Shown: positions 11,812 to 26,221 of the stretch, one piece after another
How positions within the stretch are numbered: position 1 is the stretch's first letter
Layout of the letters: the number at the start of each line of letters is the position of its first letter
Assembly (NCBI GenBank): GCA_002104945.1
Contig: MCFH01000011.1
Location: 496,001-560,000, forward strand
Length of the DNA stretch: 64,000 nucleotides
Direction: 5' to 3'
Source of the DNA: Piromyces finnis finn
Taxonomy: Eukaryota > Fungi > Neocallimastigomycota
The notes under the pieces: generated by a model
Databases searched by the model: none
Told to the model about the DNA's origin: nothing
Seen by the model: the letters and a program-made list of their open reading frames with translations, nothing else
Made by a program: the position numbers and the translations under genes

Positions 11812-13720
11812 GATAGACTATATTATGATTTTATTTAAATTTTTTTTATTATTGTTATTATTAAATTACAAATGATTTTCTGTACAACTTGAAGCAGGTT
11901 GAATTAATATGACGACTTAAATGATTTAAAATAATATGTTTCGAAATTGTTTAATTTATTTTATGTGAATAAATAAAAATAAGGAATTAGTTGTTAATAT
12001 TTATACAGAATTTTATAAATAAAAAATGATTTTATAAAGTGTATAATATTTAATGTTTTATAACATAAAATAAAAGGTTGCTTTTTTTTTTTTTTTGTTT
12101 TTTAATAATAGTGTTAAATATAAAGTATGAATGAATAAAATCTAATTATGATTCCTTTATTATTTAAAGTAGTTCTTCTTGAAATTCCAAATATTTGAAA
12201 ATATATTATCTTTTTTTTTTTTTTTTTTTTTTTTTTTGAAGATAATTTGGAAATTTTGTCGATTAAATATTGAATATTTCGTTAAAATTCATTATACTAT
12301 TAATTGATGAATTTTTCAAATGTAATTTTATTTTGATACTGCATTCAAACATAACAAATGATATTAATAATGATGTTAATCTAATAGAAAGGAAACAGCA
12401 TTATACTTTTTATCAACTTATTGTAAAATTCAGCAATCCAAGATAAAAAAGTTAAAATAAATTGAGAATAATATCATAAAATTCTTTTCTTATTTTTTTA
12501 CCTATACCTTTTTTTTTATTATTATTATTATTTTATATTTTTATTTTATTTTATTTTTTTTTTTTTTTTTGGTAACACAGTATTTAATTTTCATTATAAT
12601 TAAATTTCAATAATTATTTAATGGATAAATAATATATATTTAAATAAATATATACTAATAAATAAATGAAAAAGATAAATAAATTTATATTTTACTCATC
12701 CATTTTTAGTTGAAATACATTAATGTACATTTTTAAAATCAATGTAATTAAATTGTTTATATCTTAAATAATAAAATATAATGGTTGTGACAATAATTAC
12801 AGTAATCTTCCAAAAACAACAATATAATGTTACTAAAATATAACAAAGCATAATATTAATTTTAGCAATACAATTATAAAAAATAATCTTTTAGAAATAA
12901 TAAAATAAAAAGCAATGTTATAAAAATTTAAATGATGTACTCATTGAAACAATCATAAAAATATTTTATGTATCATATTGTTGATTTTATAAAAAATATA
13001 TTCATAAATACAAAAACAAAAGTTTCTTTCTCTCTATTTTTCCATATAAAATGTTTCTTTACTTTCTTTCTTTTTTTAATGAATGATATTAATGAATATT
13101 GGATGAATTAGTATTTATCCTAGATTTTGGCCATTTTAAATAATATAGAATCATTAACAAAAAACAAACAAAAAAACATCTTCATTAACCTAATCCTTTT
13201 AATAACAAACAAAAACACAATATAATTTATTATATAATTAATATATTGCTAAATAGTATTAATACATATAAATAAAATACAATTTATTTTTTTTTTTTTT
13301 TTATAAATTATACTATTTAAATTAATTTTTTTTATAATTTAAATTTTTTTTTTTTGTTAAAATAATAATTCTTGTAGAATAAGAAATTAAAGTTTTTACT
13401 TTTTGAATTAATATTATAATCAGAAATAGTAAGTAAAAAAAAAAAATAATTCATTTATAAAGAGGGAATATAAAATTAAGAATATAAAATAGTAATACAA
13501 TATAAATGAATAAGATGAAAAAATGAATATATTTAAAATGATTAAGTTATTATTTTACATTTCAATAAAGAATTATTATTAATATCATTATTTTTATTAA
13601 TAATTTAAGGAGGAATAATAATCTAAAAAACTATAAAATTTATAGAAAATTTAATATTAATATTTATTTTTATTGTTTTTATTATTAAAACCATTTTTTT
13701 TTTAAAATTCATAGTTCAAT

Positions 13721-15646
13721 ATGTCTGACACTGAAGCTAAAATAATTGAACAACCAGAAGAAAATACTGAAATTGAAAAGGTTGTTGAACAAACTCCAGA
13801 AGAAAATGAAGATGCTGTAGAAAATAAAGTTGATTCTGAACAAGAGCCAACTTCTGCTCCAGCCGAAGAAAAGATAAATGAGGAAGTGAGTATCATATAG
13901 GAATAATTTTTTTTTTTATGCTTTTTTTTTTAAAAAAAGAAAAAAGAATTAATGCAAGTATATTATTTTAGGAACTTGAAGAAATGAAACAAAGAGTAAA
14001 AGAAATGGAAGCTGAAGCTGCTAAGATTATGGAAATGAATGAAGAAGCAACTAAGATTGATACTACTGATAATTCTGAAGGTAAAATAGTTCTCTGTCTA
14101 AAAAAAAAAAAAAATAAAAATAAAAATCTATGAAGTATAAAGTATAATAAATTTATTGTTTTATTTTTATATTGAAATATTATTATATGTAGCAAAAGAT
14201 GTTGATAGCAGATCTGTATATGTAGGAAATGTAAGTTTATAACATTTATTATTTTTATATATAACTTGGGAAATTGTGATTAATATTAATCATCATCATT
14301 ATTAATGATTCAATAGGTTGATTATTCATCAACTCCAGAAGAATTACAAACATTATTCCAATCTTGTGGTACTATTAATCGTATTACAATTATACATGAT
14401 CGTTTCACTGGTCATCCAAAGGGATATGCATACATTGAATTTGCTGATGTTCAATCAGTACAAAGTGCTTTAATATTTAATGAACTTCAATTTAAGGGTC
14501 GTCCAATTAAGGTATTAGCTAAACGTACTAATTTACCAGGTATGTCAAAACGTGGTCGTGGTGCATTCCGTGGTTATCGTGGTGGTTTCAGAGGTTTTAG
14601 AGGAGGTGCACGTGGTGCTTATGGAAGGTAAATAATTTTTTTTTCTTAAATATAAAGTTGGTTATAGCATTAGTGAATAAGAATAAATTTGAAGGAATAT
14701 GAAGAAAAGAAAAAAAAAAAGGATTAATATAAGAAACAGATTTGTAATATATTTAAATGGATTTAAAAAAAAAAAAGAAATTTAAATAACAAAAAGAGCA
14801 AAAATATATTAAATAATATAAGAAAAAAAACTTTTAATGAATAAAAATTAAAAGGAAATTTTTATTATGATATGAAATAAAAGATTTTTAATTCAATGAG
14901 GAAAAAAAGTTAAATTAACATATGTAGTAATAACGTATTATAAATTTATAATAGTAACTTAGAATATGATAATAATATTTCTAAATATTCAGCAAAATAA
15001 ACATAGTTTTTAATTAAAATTAAAGATACTGTAATAATAGAGTTATGATAAGGTAGAAGAAATAATCCAACATAAAAAATTAAAAAATAAATAGATAAAA
15101 TAAATTAAATATAAAGCAGATAATTTGAGATTGGTTTATTAGAATTAGTGAATAGTCATAATAAATATGAATTTAAATATAAAATAAAAGTTATTTGTAA
15201 TATTTCGATGAATGGATATATTATACGATAGAAGTTGTAAGTACAACATTTAAAGCTATTTTATAAATTCATAAATATCAAAATAATTAAAATAATAACT
15301 TTTTTTTAATATTTAAAAATCAAAAGAAAAAAAGTAAAAAAAAAGAAAAAAAAAAAAGAAAAAAAAAAGATAAAAGATAAAATAAAAACAAAAACAAAAA
15401 CAAAAACAAAAAATTAATAATAATAAAATAAAAATATTAACAGAAAAAAAAAAAAAAAAGAAAAATAAATAAAGAATTGAAAAAAAGAATAAAAAAAAGT
15501 TATAATTTCCAAAATAATAATAATAATAATAAAAAAAAAAAGGAAAGAGTAAAATATTTTTTATACTAATTACTAATTATTTTTAATTTTATATATAAAT
15601 ATATAAATAAATATTATACAGAGGTGCTTACTATGCCCCATATTAG
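13721..15646 (+). CDS. PABPN1: Nuclear poly(A)-binding protein 2 (PABPN1/Pab2-like), 5 exons
   Basis: Acidic N-terminus, coiled coil [21 protein letters not shown] ([12 protein letters not shown]...[11 protein letters not shown]...[16 protein letters not shown]), RG-rich tail, and terminal exon 15622-15646 encoding (R)GAYYAPY-stop. Confidence 0.93.
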
Positions 15647-16194
15647 AAGAGATAAATTATTTATTATTTATCAAACATCATAAAATATTATCATTTATAT
15701 CATCAATTTTTATCATATTATTTAATATTATTTAATATTTATTTTTTTTTTAAATTATTTTTTTTATATCAACAAAAATAACATTTACTATTATATGAAA
15801 TTTAAACTTAAAATATTAACGAATAAATAATATATAAACAATTAAAAATAATATAAGATATCTTTTTTTAAGATGTTATATTTTAAAGTGTATTTAAGTA
15901 GATATATAGGCATGATTTATTATTAAAATATTATTTATTAATAAAGTTTTTATTTTTTTTTTTTCTTTGTGATCATTTTAATTACTACATTTTAAATTTT
16001 GTAGAAAATGCATTTTAACACTTTAATATAGTTTAACATGTTTTAGTAAAATTAGTATTCATGTAGATAAAAAATATCAAAATTATTATAATAGTAAAAA
16101 ACCTTTTTTTTTTAGAGGTTTTCCAGTTTTAAAAGATTATGAAAATATTTTCTATTATTTTTCTTCTGTTCTATCTGTTTAAAATATTTTTAAT

Positions 16195-19122
16195 TTATAT
16201 CTCTATTTTTGTATTGTTTTTTCTCCTAGCAATGGAAATATTGATATCAATGAATGGATGACTATTTGCAGAATTTAATTTAGTTTTTTTATTTAAATTT
16301 TTATATAATTTAGATACATATTGTGATGCTCTTTGTTGTTTTTGTCTATAACTATAATTTTTTCCAATTGCATGTGGTGGATCAGCCGTTGGTCTTATGT
16401 AATCGGGTAATTTTGAAGTATTCATACTCGGAGTACAGAAAGATATTCGTGGTAATTTTGGATTCATTTTTATTTTATTTACTCTTATTGTCTCTTGCTC
16501 TTTTTCATATTTATGAATATCGTCTTCTAATCCGGGCATCTATGGTAATATTAAGGATGTTAAAAGTATAATAATAAATATGCGAAAAAGAAATTTAATT
16601 TTACAATACTAATAAAAAAAGTTTTAATGTGTTTTATATCATTATTGTATTACCGTTTGATATAATTTTTGTTCTGCGTTATTACAATATCTATATTGTG
16701 ATATATTTTGTCTTAATAAACAAAGTATTTCATTTTTAACCATTTTATTTACTTTATCCTCATAATTATTATTTTTCTTTTCCTTTTTCTTCTCCTTTTT
16801 GTTGTAATAATTATATTTATTACTTTTAGGAAATGAAACAATTGTATTAATACTTTTGTTTTTTTTTGAATTACATTCATTCTTATTTAATATAAATATG
16901 TCATCATTTAATAAATAGGTTTTTGATTTTCTTGATTCTACATTTTTACTTTGTGTAGATTCTTTTTCTGAATGTGATTTTTCTATCATCACTTCTTCAA
17001 ATTTTAAATTATTTTGAATGTAAATGTTTTTATTATACTCATTAATGTTATTTAATATTTCTTTGTTTTTATTTCCATTTTTATCCATAACAGTATTGTA
17101 TATTTCTGTTTTCGCAAGAATCATTTGCTTTCTATTTCTCATTTTGTCTTTTAATATTTATAAATATGTTGTATATATATATTTAAATTAGTATAGAAAA
17201 ATTTTATTATTATTAAAATAATTAATGTTACTTTTATATAATAATGTAGAAGAATTGCCTTTATTGCTTTGATATGATTTTTCTTCATTATCATTTGAAT
17301 TATTGATATTATTTATTTCATATTTTTTATTATTATTAAAATTTGTATTGGAGCTCAATATTAAAATTTCATTTTCATTTCCATTGATATTTTGATTGTT
17401 TTTTTCCTGTTTATCTTTGATGTCCTTATTATTATTCTCATTATTCTCAATTATATCTATGCCATTATTGTTATCCATATTGATGTTTTCGTTTGATATA
17501 TTTAGGTCTTTATCGTTTATTTTATCCTTATTTTCGTTTTTCTCATAATCTATATTAATTTTCTTTTCATTATTTATTTCCTTTACCTTTTCAATGTCTG
17601 TTTCATTATTATTTTCACTAGCTTTATTTTCAGTAGCAATATTATTTTTTTTCTTTTCCTCATTTTGATTGTCAATAGATTTTTGATTTTCTTTAATTTT
17701 TTTATTGTTATTTTCCATACTAATTTTATTATCATTTTCTTTTTTTTTATCATTTTCACCTTTTATATTATTCCCATTATTATTGCTATCATTATTTTCA
17801 ATATCATTGCTATTAGTACTTTCTTTCTTTATTTCTTCTTTTTCTTTTTCTTTTTCTTCATTCTTTAATATTTTTTTGATTTTATCGTTTTCTATGTTTA
17901 TAGTATTATTTTTCATTTCATTTTCATTTTCATTTTCATTTTCATTTTCATTTTCATTTTCATTTTCATTTTCATTTTCATTTTCATTTTCATTTTCATT
18001 TTCATTTTCATTTTCATTTTTGTCGACATTTTTATTATGATCCTTTTTTTTTTCTTTAATAACGCTATTTAATTTTTTTGTTATTAACATATTATTGCCA
18101 TTATTATTATTATCTTGTATATTATAATTCAATGAAGTATTCTCAAATGGAATTTTGATTTTATCTGGATTAAATTCTAAACTTTGGGATTTTTTGAACG
18201 GAAGAGGATTTTCTTGTACAATACTTTTTAAAGAACCACATGATTTAATTTTTCTTAACGTTTTTTTTTCCTGCTTATCTACTTTAATAATATTAGTCTT
18301 TGATGAAGATATGAATAAGTTTTTTTCATTCCTTGAATTCATTGTATTATTTTGAATTTTATTACTATTATTCTTTACTTTTTTTATATAACATTAATAT
18401 AAATGTAATAATACATGATTCATCATTAGTTATATTATTTAGTTTATTTAATGAAAATGATATAAAATAAATATAAAGTTACTTATTTTTTCATCTTGTT
18501 GTTGAATATTTATATTATCATTGTTAATCTCACTTATACTTGATCTTGAGCTTTTTTGAGATAATATGCTTTTTTGTGACAATGTATTGTTACTCTTCGA
18601 AATTTCTTGAGATTCTTTGGGATTATCATCTATACTGTCTATTATTATTTGAGATGAAGAATTATCATTATTTTCTTCATTTACAAATTTTATTGAAGTA
18701 GTTTTATTTGATTGACATTTGTTTAAATTTATTTTTTCAACATTTATAGACAATTCCAACAATTTATTACGAACATATTCTTCTCTTTTTTTTTTAAGTT
18801 TTAACAATTTTGATGTCATATCCTTTTCTTGTTGTTTTAAATAATTAATTCTTTTGTATTTTCTTACAGATTCTGAGTCATATTTTAACTCTATATCAAA
18901 ATCTGCATATTCATTTTTTCCTGTATTATTATTAAGAAGAGGTTGATTTATACTCAAAAGCTGTTTATCAGAATTATTAATATAGTTTTCATTTGGACAT
19001 TTTAAAAACCGATTTATTTTAGAATTATTAATAATATATAAATTATTATTTCTTTTTGTGATAGCTGCTTTTAATGCGGATTTAGTAAATAAACATGAGT
19101 ATGAATCAGCATTTTCAGACAT
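16195..19122 (-). CDS. Hypothetical Asn/Lys/Glu-rich protein, 4 exons, no recognised domain
   Basis: Four long minus-strand ORFs join with consistent phases: 19122-18483, about 18377-17232, 17147-16654, 16539-16195. The second acceptor is uncertain. Confidence 0.7.
17916..18020. repeat. Coding hexanucleotide repeat (GAAAAT)n on the minus strand, encoding poly(EN)
   Basis: About 17 TTTTCA units on the plus strand, in frame within the orphan gene. Confidence 0.95.
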
Positions 19123-19530
19123 TATAATTATCTATAATAACAATGAAACATATCTATAAATATACTAAAAATCGAAATGCTCGTAATATATTAAATAATA
19201 GACTACTTACTTTTATATATAGTCTTCGAGAAATAGTTAGGAAATTATCATTAATATATATTTGTTTAAAGTTTTAAAATATCAATGTTTAATTTTTTTT
19301 TTTTTACAGAAATGATGTTTTAGCAATTAATTATTTAACTTTAATTATTAAAAAATTTAATTATGTGATACTAAATTCTAATAAATGAAATAAATAATAC
19401 AATAACTTTTTAAATTTATTTTAATTTTAAATTTTTAAAATTCAAATTTAAAATATGATAATTCAATAAATATATTAAGCCCATATTGAATATTAAATAA
19501 GAAAAAATAAGAAAAGACGAGTATATTATA

Positions 19531-20278
19531 ATGGATAATAAAAAGAATTTAAAATCCCAAACCTCAAGGTCAGTTTCCTTTGTTCAACGTTGGAAATGGA
19601 ATTGGTCAGGAAACATTACGAATGAATCCTTAAAAATAGGAGATCTTGATAATGTAAATTTATTATTTATGGTTAAAGAATCATTGCTCTCATTATGTAA
19701 TTATATACTAAAAAAAGAAAATTAATATATATTTAAAAATCTTATTATTAAAAAAGGATGGAAATAATGAATTTGTAATTGGGTCAATTACTGGAACTGT
19801 TGGAATTTTTAAAGGTTACTATCATTCATTTTGGAAATATGATAAATTATTAAGGTTAATATTTAATTAAATGGGTAGACGTTTTAACAACAATATATAT
19901 AAAATATATATATTTATTATAGGACAAACACTTTGGAAATCATTTGAAAATCTAGGTACAATTACTGCAGTTGCAATTGGTGATGTTTGGTATATATATA
20001 TATATATATATATATTAAATATAATATAATATTTAGTAATTTACTATAATATTCAACAATCAAATAATTAAATATAAAATTTCAAAAGGAATAATGGAAG
20101 TAATTCTTTAATTGTTGGAACTGGTGAAGGTCAATGTCATATTATTGAAATTTCAAAAGTAAAATCAGAAGCAGGTGATTCCATTGAAAATTTTATAACA
20201 AAAACTGTAACTATTCCAGTCCCAGTTAATGTTTCAAGAATTTTAATTGCTGATATTGGTATCTATGAATATTTTGAT

Positions 20279-20309
<31 letters not shown>

Positions 20310-21905
20310 TATTTTTTTAAAAATATATTTATTTAATTATTATAATAAAGATGGTGATGGATTTAATGAATTAGTATTGGGAAGAACAGATAGATTTTTA
20401 CATTCATTCCAATTAATGAAAACAGATACATCAAGTTCTGTACCATTAGATAATAATAATACTACAGGACTTGCAGTAATTATTATTCACAATGATAATA
20501 ATACTGAAAAGGTTTTATTAAGAGAAAAAAGGAATTGGTCATTTGATGGCCAAGTAAGTATTATTTTTAAAAATTCTATTTAGCAGTATTATATTTTATT
20601 TACCCATATATACATGTATTTTTATTAAATTAGCTTGGATCTGTAGCTATAACATATGATCAAAAGAAGAACCCAATATTAATGGTTGCTCAGCCAGGAG
20701 GTAAAATAATTACTTTAAATGCATTTTATCAAGACTTTTTGTGATAATACTTTTTTTTTTTTTTAACAACGATACTAATTAACAATATGACAAACCATTA
20801 TTATTTGTTAAATAGGTGTAGTTATTTTAATTGATAAAAATGGTGAAATAATTAAGGAAAAAGATAATGCATCTAATGGATCTATAGAAGTTTCCACTGA
20901 ATTAATTACTGGTATTAAAGGGGTTAAAGGTGCAAATTATTCTGCAATGATTACAATGGATGGAAATATTAATTTTTATTATAAGTTAAAGAAAGAATGG
21001 ACATTACAAGTTAATAGTCAACTTTTTGCTATATCGAAAATTGATTGTACTAATGGTAAATGATTATGCTATAAGAAGGAAAAAAAAATAATTAATAATA
21101 ATAATTAATGAAAAAATCAAACTAACGATAAATATTATTTTATGTATAATTTGATTGAATATTAAATAATTAAGATGGAAATGAAGAGCTAGTAATAAGT
21201 TCATGGAATGGCTTAACTTATATTGTTGACCATTATATGAATGTTGTGGAATTTGATTTTGAAGAAAGAGTTTGTGCTTTCGTAGCAGGAAATTATGATA
21301 TAGCACCTAATAAAAGTATATATATATTAAATTTTTAATTTTATTAAAATATAATTAAATTTATTTCCCTTTTTCAATTATTATTAGGTGTACCATGCAT
21401 GTTTTTTGTAACATTTGATGATGTAATATATGTTTATTATGATATATGTCTAAGTTCAATATATTTGAAAACATTAAGTGATATATTAGATAAAGATATT
21501 GAAATGGTAAATATACTAAAGTGAAATAAATTAATATAAAAGTTAAATATAAAAAACAATAATTTTAATAATAAAAACTTTATCGTATTATATTTATATA
21601 ATTTATAATCAATATTCAATATTCAAGCATTCAGATATAATAGAAGGTAAATACTTTATAATTTTTTTAATATATTCAAATAAATAATACTAATAAAAAA
21701 AAATATATACATATATATAATAGAACTTGGCTTTGAACCACCAGCAAATGGAAAAAAGAGATCAAGAGCACAGTATGCTGACATTTTTCAAAAATTATTT
21801 TATAATACTGATTTAGAGTTATTAAGTGAAATACATGAAGAATTACAGGAACGAATACACAAACTACAAATATCAGATGTATCAAATATTAGATTAAATA
21901 TATGA
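19531..21905 (+). CDS. ITFG2: KICSTOR subunit ITFG2-like FG-GAP beta-propeller protein
   Basis: N-terminal RSVSFVQRWKWNWSG...IGDLDN|DGNNEFVIGSITGTVGIFKG and C-terminal GNEELVISSWNGLTYIVDH...FDFEERVCAFVAGNY...PCMFFVTFDDVIYVYYD match my recollection of human ITFG2 (MRSVSYVQRV...GDVDND...NELVVGD; GHEEVVACAWDGQTYIIDH...PCLVYVTF). Multi-exon, stop TGA at 21903-21905. Confidence 0.85.
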
Positions 21906-22502
21906 TTCTTATTAATTAATAGTAATCAATGTTATTATAATGTATAGTACTTTTGAACATTTTCTATTTAAATAACAACAACAACAATAAAAATAGCAAT
22001 AATAAAAATAACAAAAACGATAATGACAACAATAACAATTATTTTCATTTAAAGTAAATGTCTATCTTTTTATTTTCATATTCGTCTATAAAAATATAAT
22101 ATTTTTATATTGTTTGATATTAAATTTTAAATTATAAATAAAACGTATATAATTAAAAAAGAAAACACATTTTATAAAAAGCTGAGAAAAAACTTATTTT
22201 ATTAAATATAAACATGAATTATATTATTTGTAATTTAAGGATATATAATTAAAATTTGTTTGAAAAATAATTAATAAAAAATATATCTATATTAATATAG
22301 GAAGTAATATATATATTTATATAACAATCTTTTTTTTAAAAAGAAAGAATTTAAAGAAATGTATTTATTTTTATTTAATTTTCTTCTTTCATTTCTTTTT
22401 CTTTTTCTTTTTTTCTTTCTTTCTTTTTTTTTTTTTCATTTATCAATTTTTGCTTTGTAATAGAATTTATAGATAAGTAACTCTAATACATATTTCTAAT
22501 AT

Positions 22503-25500
22503 TTATTGCTGTTTTTCACATTTTAGTGACATTTCTTTTAATTCTTTATCATCATCTTTTTTTGGTGGTTTTGCAAGATAATTTTGGATGATTGGATCTT
22601 CAATAAATCCATATTCTTTATCAATTAAGTTTGTTAAGTCATGAACTCGATTGGACATCATTCTTAATTTATCAAAATTAACCATACTTTCTATTTTAGA
22701 TTGATTTCCATCATTAATGAATGTTAAATCTTTTAAGTAGATTGCTGATAAAATATATTAATATTTTGTATTTATTTAAATATATATACCATTAACATAA
22801 AATGATTTAGTATTGATAAAGTTAAGTAAATATATATTTATGTAAAGTAAAATATTGCTATTATTACGTAAAAACGGTATAATTGGTGGCTCCTTAGATT
22901 CCAATTCCATTCTATAATTTCTCATATTTCTTGATGGATCCATTAATTTTTCTATATCTGAGAATATATTTTTTATTTTAGATGGTAAAGCCTAAAAAAT
23001 ATTTGATTAATTATAAATGTTTAGTTATCAATTTATATTATGTTATATTTTAGTTTATATAAAAATAAATGTATATAAGCAACATACTTCCCAAGTCTTC
23101 TTTAATCGTTGAATTGCGTTAGTACTTAATCCTGATAAAAGTGCAAATGTACTAAAGAAATTATTATTATCTAAACAATGCTATTTTTGTAAAATAGATA
23201 AATATATAATCATATATTTAAACAATTATTATAATTATATATAAATGTTTTCTTTTATCTTTTTTCTTTTTTTTTTTATTTTTTAACCTTTGTTACTAGA
23301 ATTATTTTTTTTAGAATTTCTGTTCTCTTTTTTAAATCTTCAACGCTCAATACTTCTGTAGCAGCCCAGTAACTTTCCTTATTATTCATATTCAGAAAGT
23401 ATTTTATTATTAATATTTTTTATAATTTAAATTATTTATTAGAAATTTATTAGCGTGTAACAGAAATAATACCAAATTAAATCTTGATATAAAGAAATTT
23501 AAACATGGTGTATCTTCATTTTCTTTACTACCCCATATTTGATCAAGATATTCAATTGGATGGATATTTTTCATAAGTTTAAAATCATATAAACATAATT
23601 GTTGGGCAACTACTTCTGGATCCAATTCATTTAGCATGCTTTGCATAACTTTTCCTTTCTTTTCTACTCTTCTAATATAATCAAACATATCTTCATATTT
23701 CTTTTTCTGTTGAATTATATAATTATTTTGAATGAATTTTCAATATATTGATGGCTAAAATAATACATTTTAATTTATTAGTAGATTGGATTATTTATTA
23801 TATTAACCTGTATTTCTATTTGATTTTCAAAATCATCAATTCTATTGGTATATTCATCGTACGGTTTTAATTCATTTATAAAGTTTACTAAAATTTCTTC
23901 TAATTCAGAATTTACAGCAAAATCATGCCAATGATGTTTTACCCAGTATTCCATTACATGAACAACGCTTTTTTGTAATTATTATTGTTATCATTATCAT
24001 TAGTATTATAGTTATATTATTATTAAAACATTGCTGATTAATATAGATAATTTTAAATTTAGATAATTAATTTATTTATATTACTTTGATTGAATAAGTC
24101 CTTTCATATCTTCAAAATATTTTATATCCTCATCACTTGGGTCAGATGGAAGCTCACAATTAAATGTATATTTTTATTAAAGTTAATAACTATTATTTAA
24201 TATGTTAATACTAAAAGACTAATTAAATTAAATAATCATGTAAGAATATATAAAGAATATATAAAAAGGATATCTGTCAATTAATAGCTGAAGAATTTCC
24301 TTTGGCTTTATATATGCACGATATGTTAATAAGAATATATCCAAGAAAGTATCATCTTTAATTATATATAATAATTAAAGAAATAAAAATTAATACAATA
24401 TATGGTAATATAATAATGTATTGTATAAATTAAAGTGTTAATACCTTTTTCGGAACCATCCGTTGCTCTCTCTATAAGTTTATCAATTGTTCCTGCCATA
24501 ACTTGTAAACTATCAATAAATATATTATTAGAATCATTTAATATTATTTTATGTTAGATAATTTTTCTTATTTATTTATACTAACTTTTCGTTATCAATA
24601 TATTGTAAAATCATAACATCTTGATCATTTTCAGTAACGCAAACCATACTATAAAATTTATCACCTTCAACAATTTTAAATGTATTACAATTTCCCGAAC
24701 ATAAGTTTCTATCTGAATAATAATATTTTAAAGTCCTATCAAGTTCAATTTTTTCACTTTTTTCCGATTGAAATGTATATAATTCATCGTTTAATTCTTT
24801 TTTCATACAAATACATGATAATATTGCTTCCATTGGTAATTCCAATGGGAATTGAAATTCGACTTTCTCGCCATCTAGATATATTACATATATTGTAGCT
24901 GAACTAGTATTACCTTCATGATTTCCTTTTAAATATAAATTTTCTGTTTGTGAACGTTGATGCTTACGGAAAGTATTTCTTCTCAACGTTGAATTACCAT
25001 TACCAATTCCTCCAGTAGATACGATAGCTTTTCTATTAATCAAAATATATATTAATTATCATAGTGATAAGTTTACTTATATTTAGGGTATGATAAAAAT
25101 GTTCTTTTTTATTGCTTACCTGATAGTATGATGATTAGGATGTTCTATAATTTTATAAAATATATTTATTTAAATAAAGAATATAATGATATTTTAATAC
25201 TATAATTTTAAAAATTCTTATAATTGCTTTTATTAATAATAATTATTAACCATCTTGTTTTGAGGCATCTAATTCTACTAATGACAAATCTTTTCCTTTT
25301 AATCCCACTTCAGGAATTTGACCACTTTCACAACCTTATTATAATGAAATTGAAATTATTTATAATTATTCTATATATAATATGTATGATATTATTATAA
25401 TAAAAATATTTACTATTTATACTTGCTATACTTCCATTTTCTCCATTAAATGATTCATGAGTATCACTCATATGATAATTTTCTTCTGTATTATTTTCAT

Positions 25501-26221
25501 CTTGTAATGAATTATTAGATAGTCTTGAATCCATTAATGTACTTGAACTTCTTCTAAATAAAAATAGTGAAAAAGATTTTTTGCTTTTTCCAATACGTAA
25601 ATTAAATTCACTTCCTGTTGCACTATTTTGCTGTTTTTTTTTAATTTGTTCTTCATCAATTGTTGCTGGGAAATTATATTTTTTCATTTTGAAATTTAAT
25701 TTTTTTGATGACGGTGCATTCATTACTGATCCTCTTCTTCTTGTTTGCATTGAATCTTCCGGCTCTTCAACTTTTTTTATACAATATAAATCATGATTTA
25801 TATTATAATATGATAAATATAAATGATTAAGTAATAGTCTTTATTATTTGAGTATGAAATATTATTATATATACCTGAAATCAATTTCAAATTATGATCG
25901 AGATATTGTTCTAATGATTCAGAAAGGTCTGGTTTTGTTTTATGATTACCCTTTTCTGCAAGAATTACATAATCACCTGGAACATAACTCTTCTTTTCTG
26001 CTACTTTACATACAACATCCCATAGAGTAATGCTTTTATTTGAAATATTAATCATTGTTGTGCCATCATCTGGCAATTTCATTCTTAAAAAACATTCTCC
26101 ATTTGCACCCTCAATAAAATTTGAACCTCTATAATATAGAGAAATTAATTTAATTTTCTAATAAATATATCTATTATTTATTTTGAATTAATACTTTTTA
26201 TATTTACCCATTAAATGCCAT
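22503..26221 (-). CDS. Ras guanine-nucleotide exchange factor (REM + CDC25 domain) with N-terminal ubiquitin-like segments
   Basis: REM-type AGTIDKLIER...FLDIFLLTYR and VVHVMEYWVKHHWHDF. CDC25-type LDPEVVAQQLCLYDFKLMKNIHPIEY, NNFFSTFALLSGLSTNAIQRLKKTWE, PPIIPFL and MVNFDKLRMM. Start exon MAFNG at 26221-26208, stop at 22503. Confidence 0.9.

Noticed and set aside
17665-18040. Plus-strand Phe/Ser/Ile-rich ORFs
   Set aside because: Antisense shadows of the Asn/Glu/Lys-rich minus-strand gene and its (GAAAAT)n repeat.
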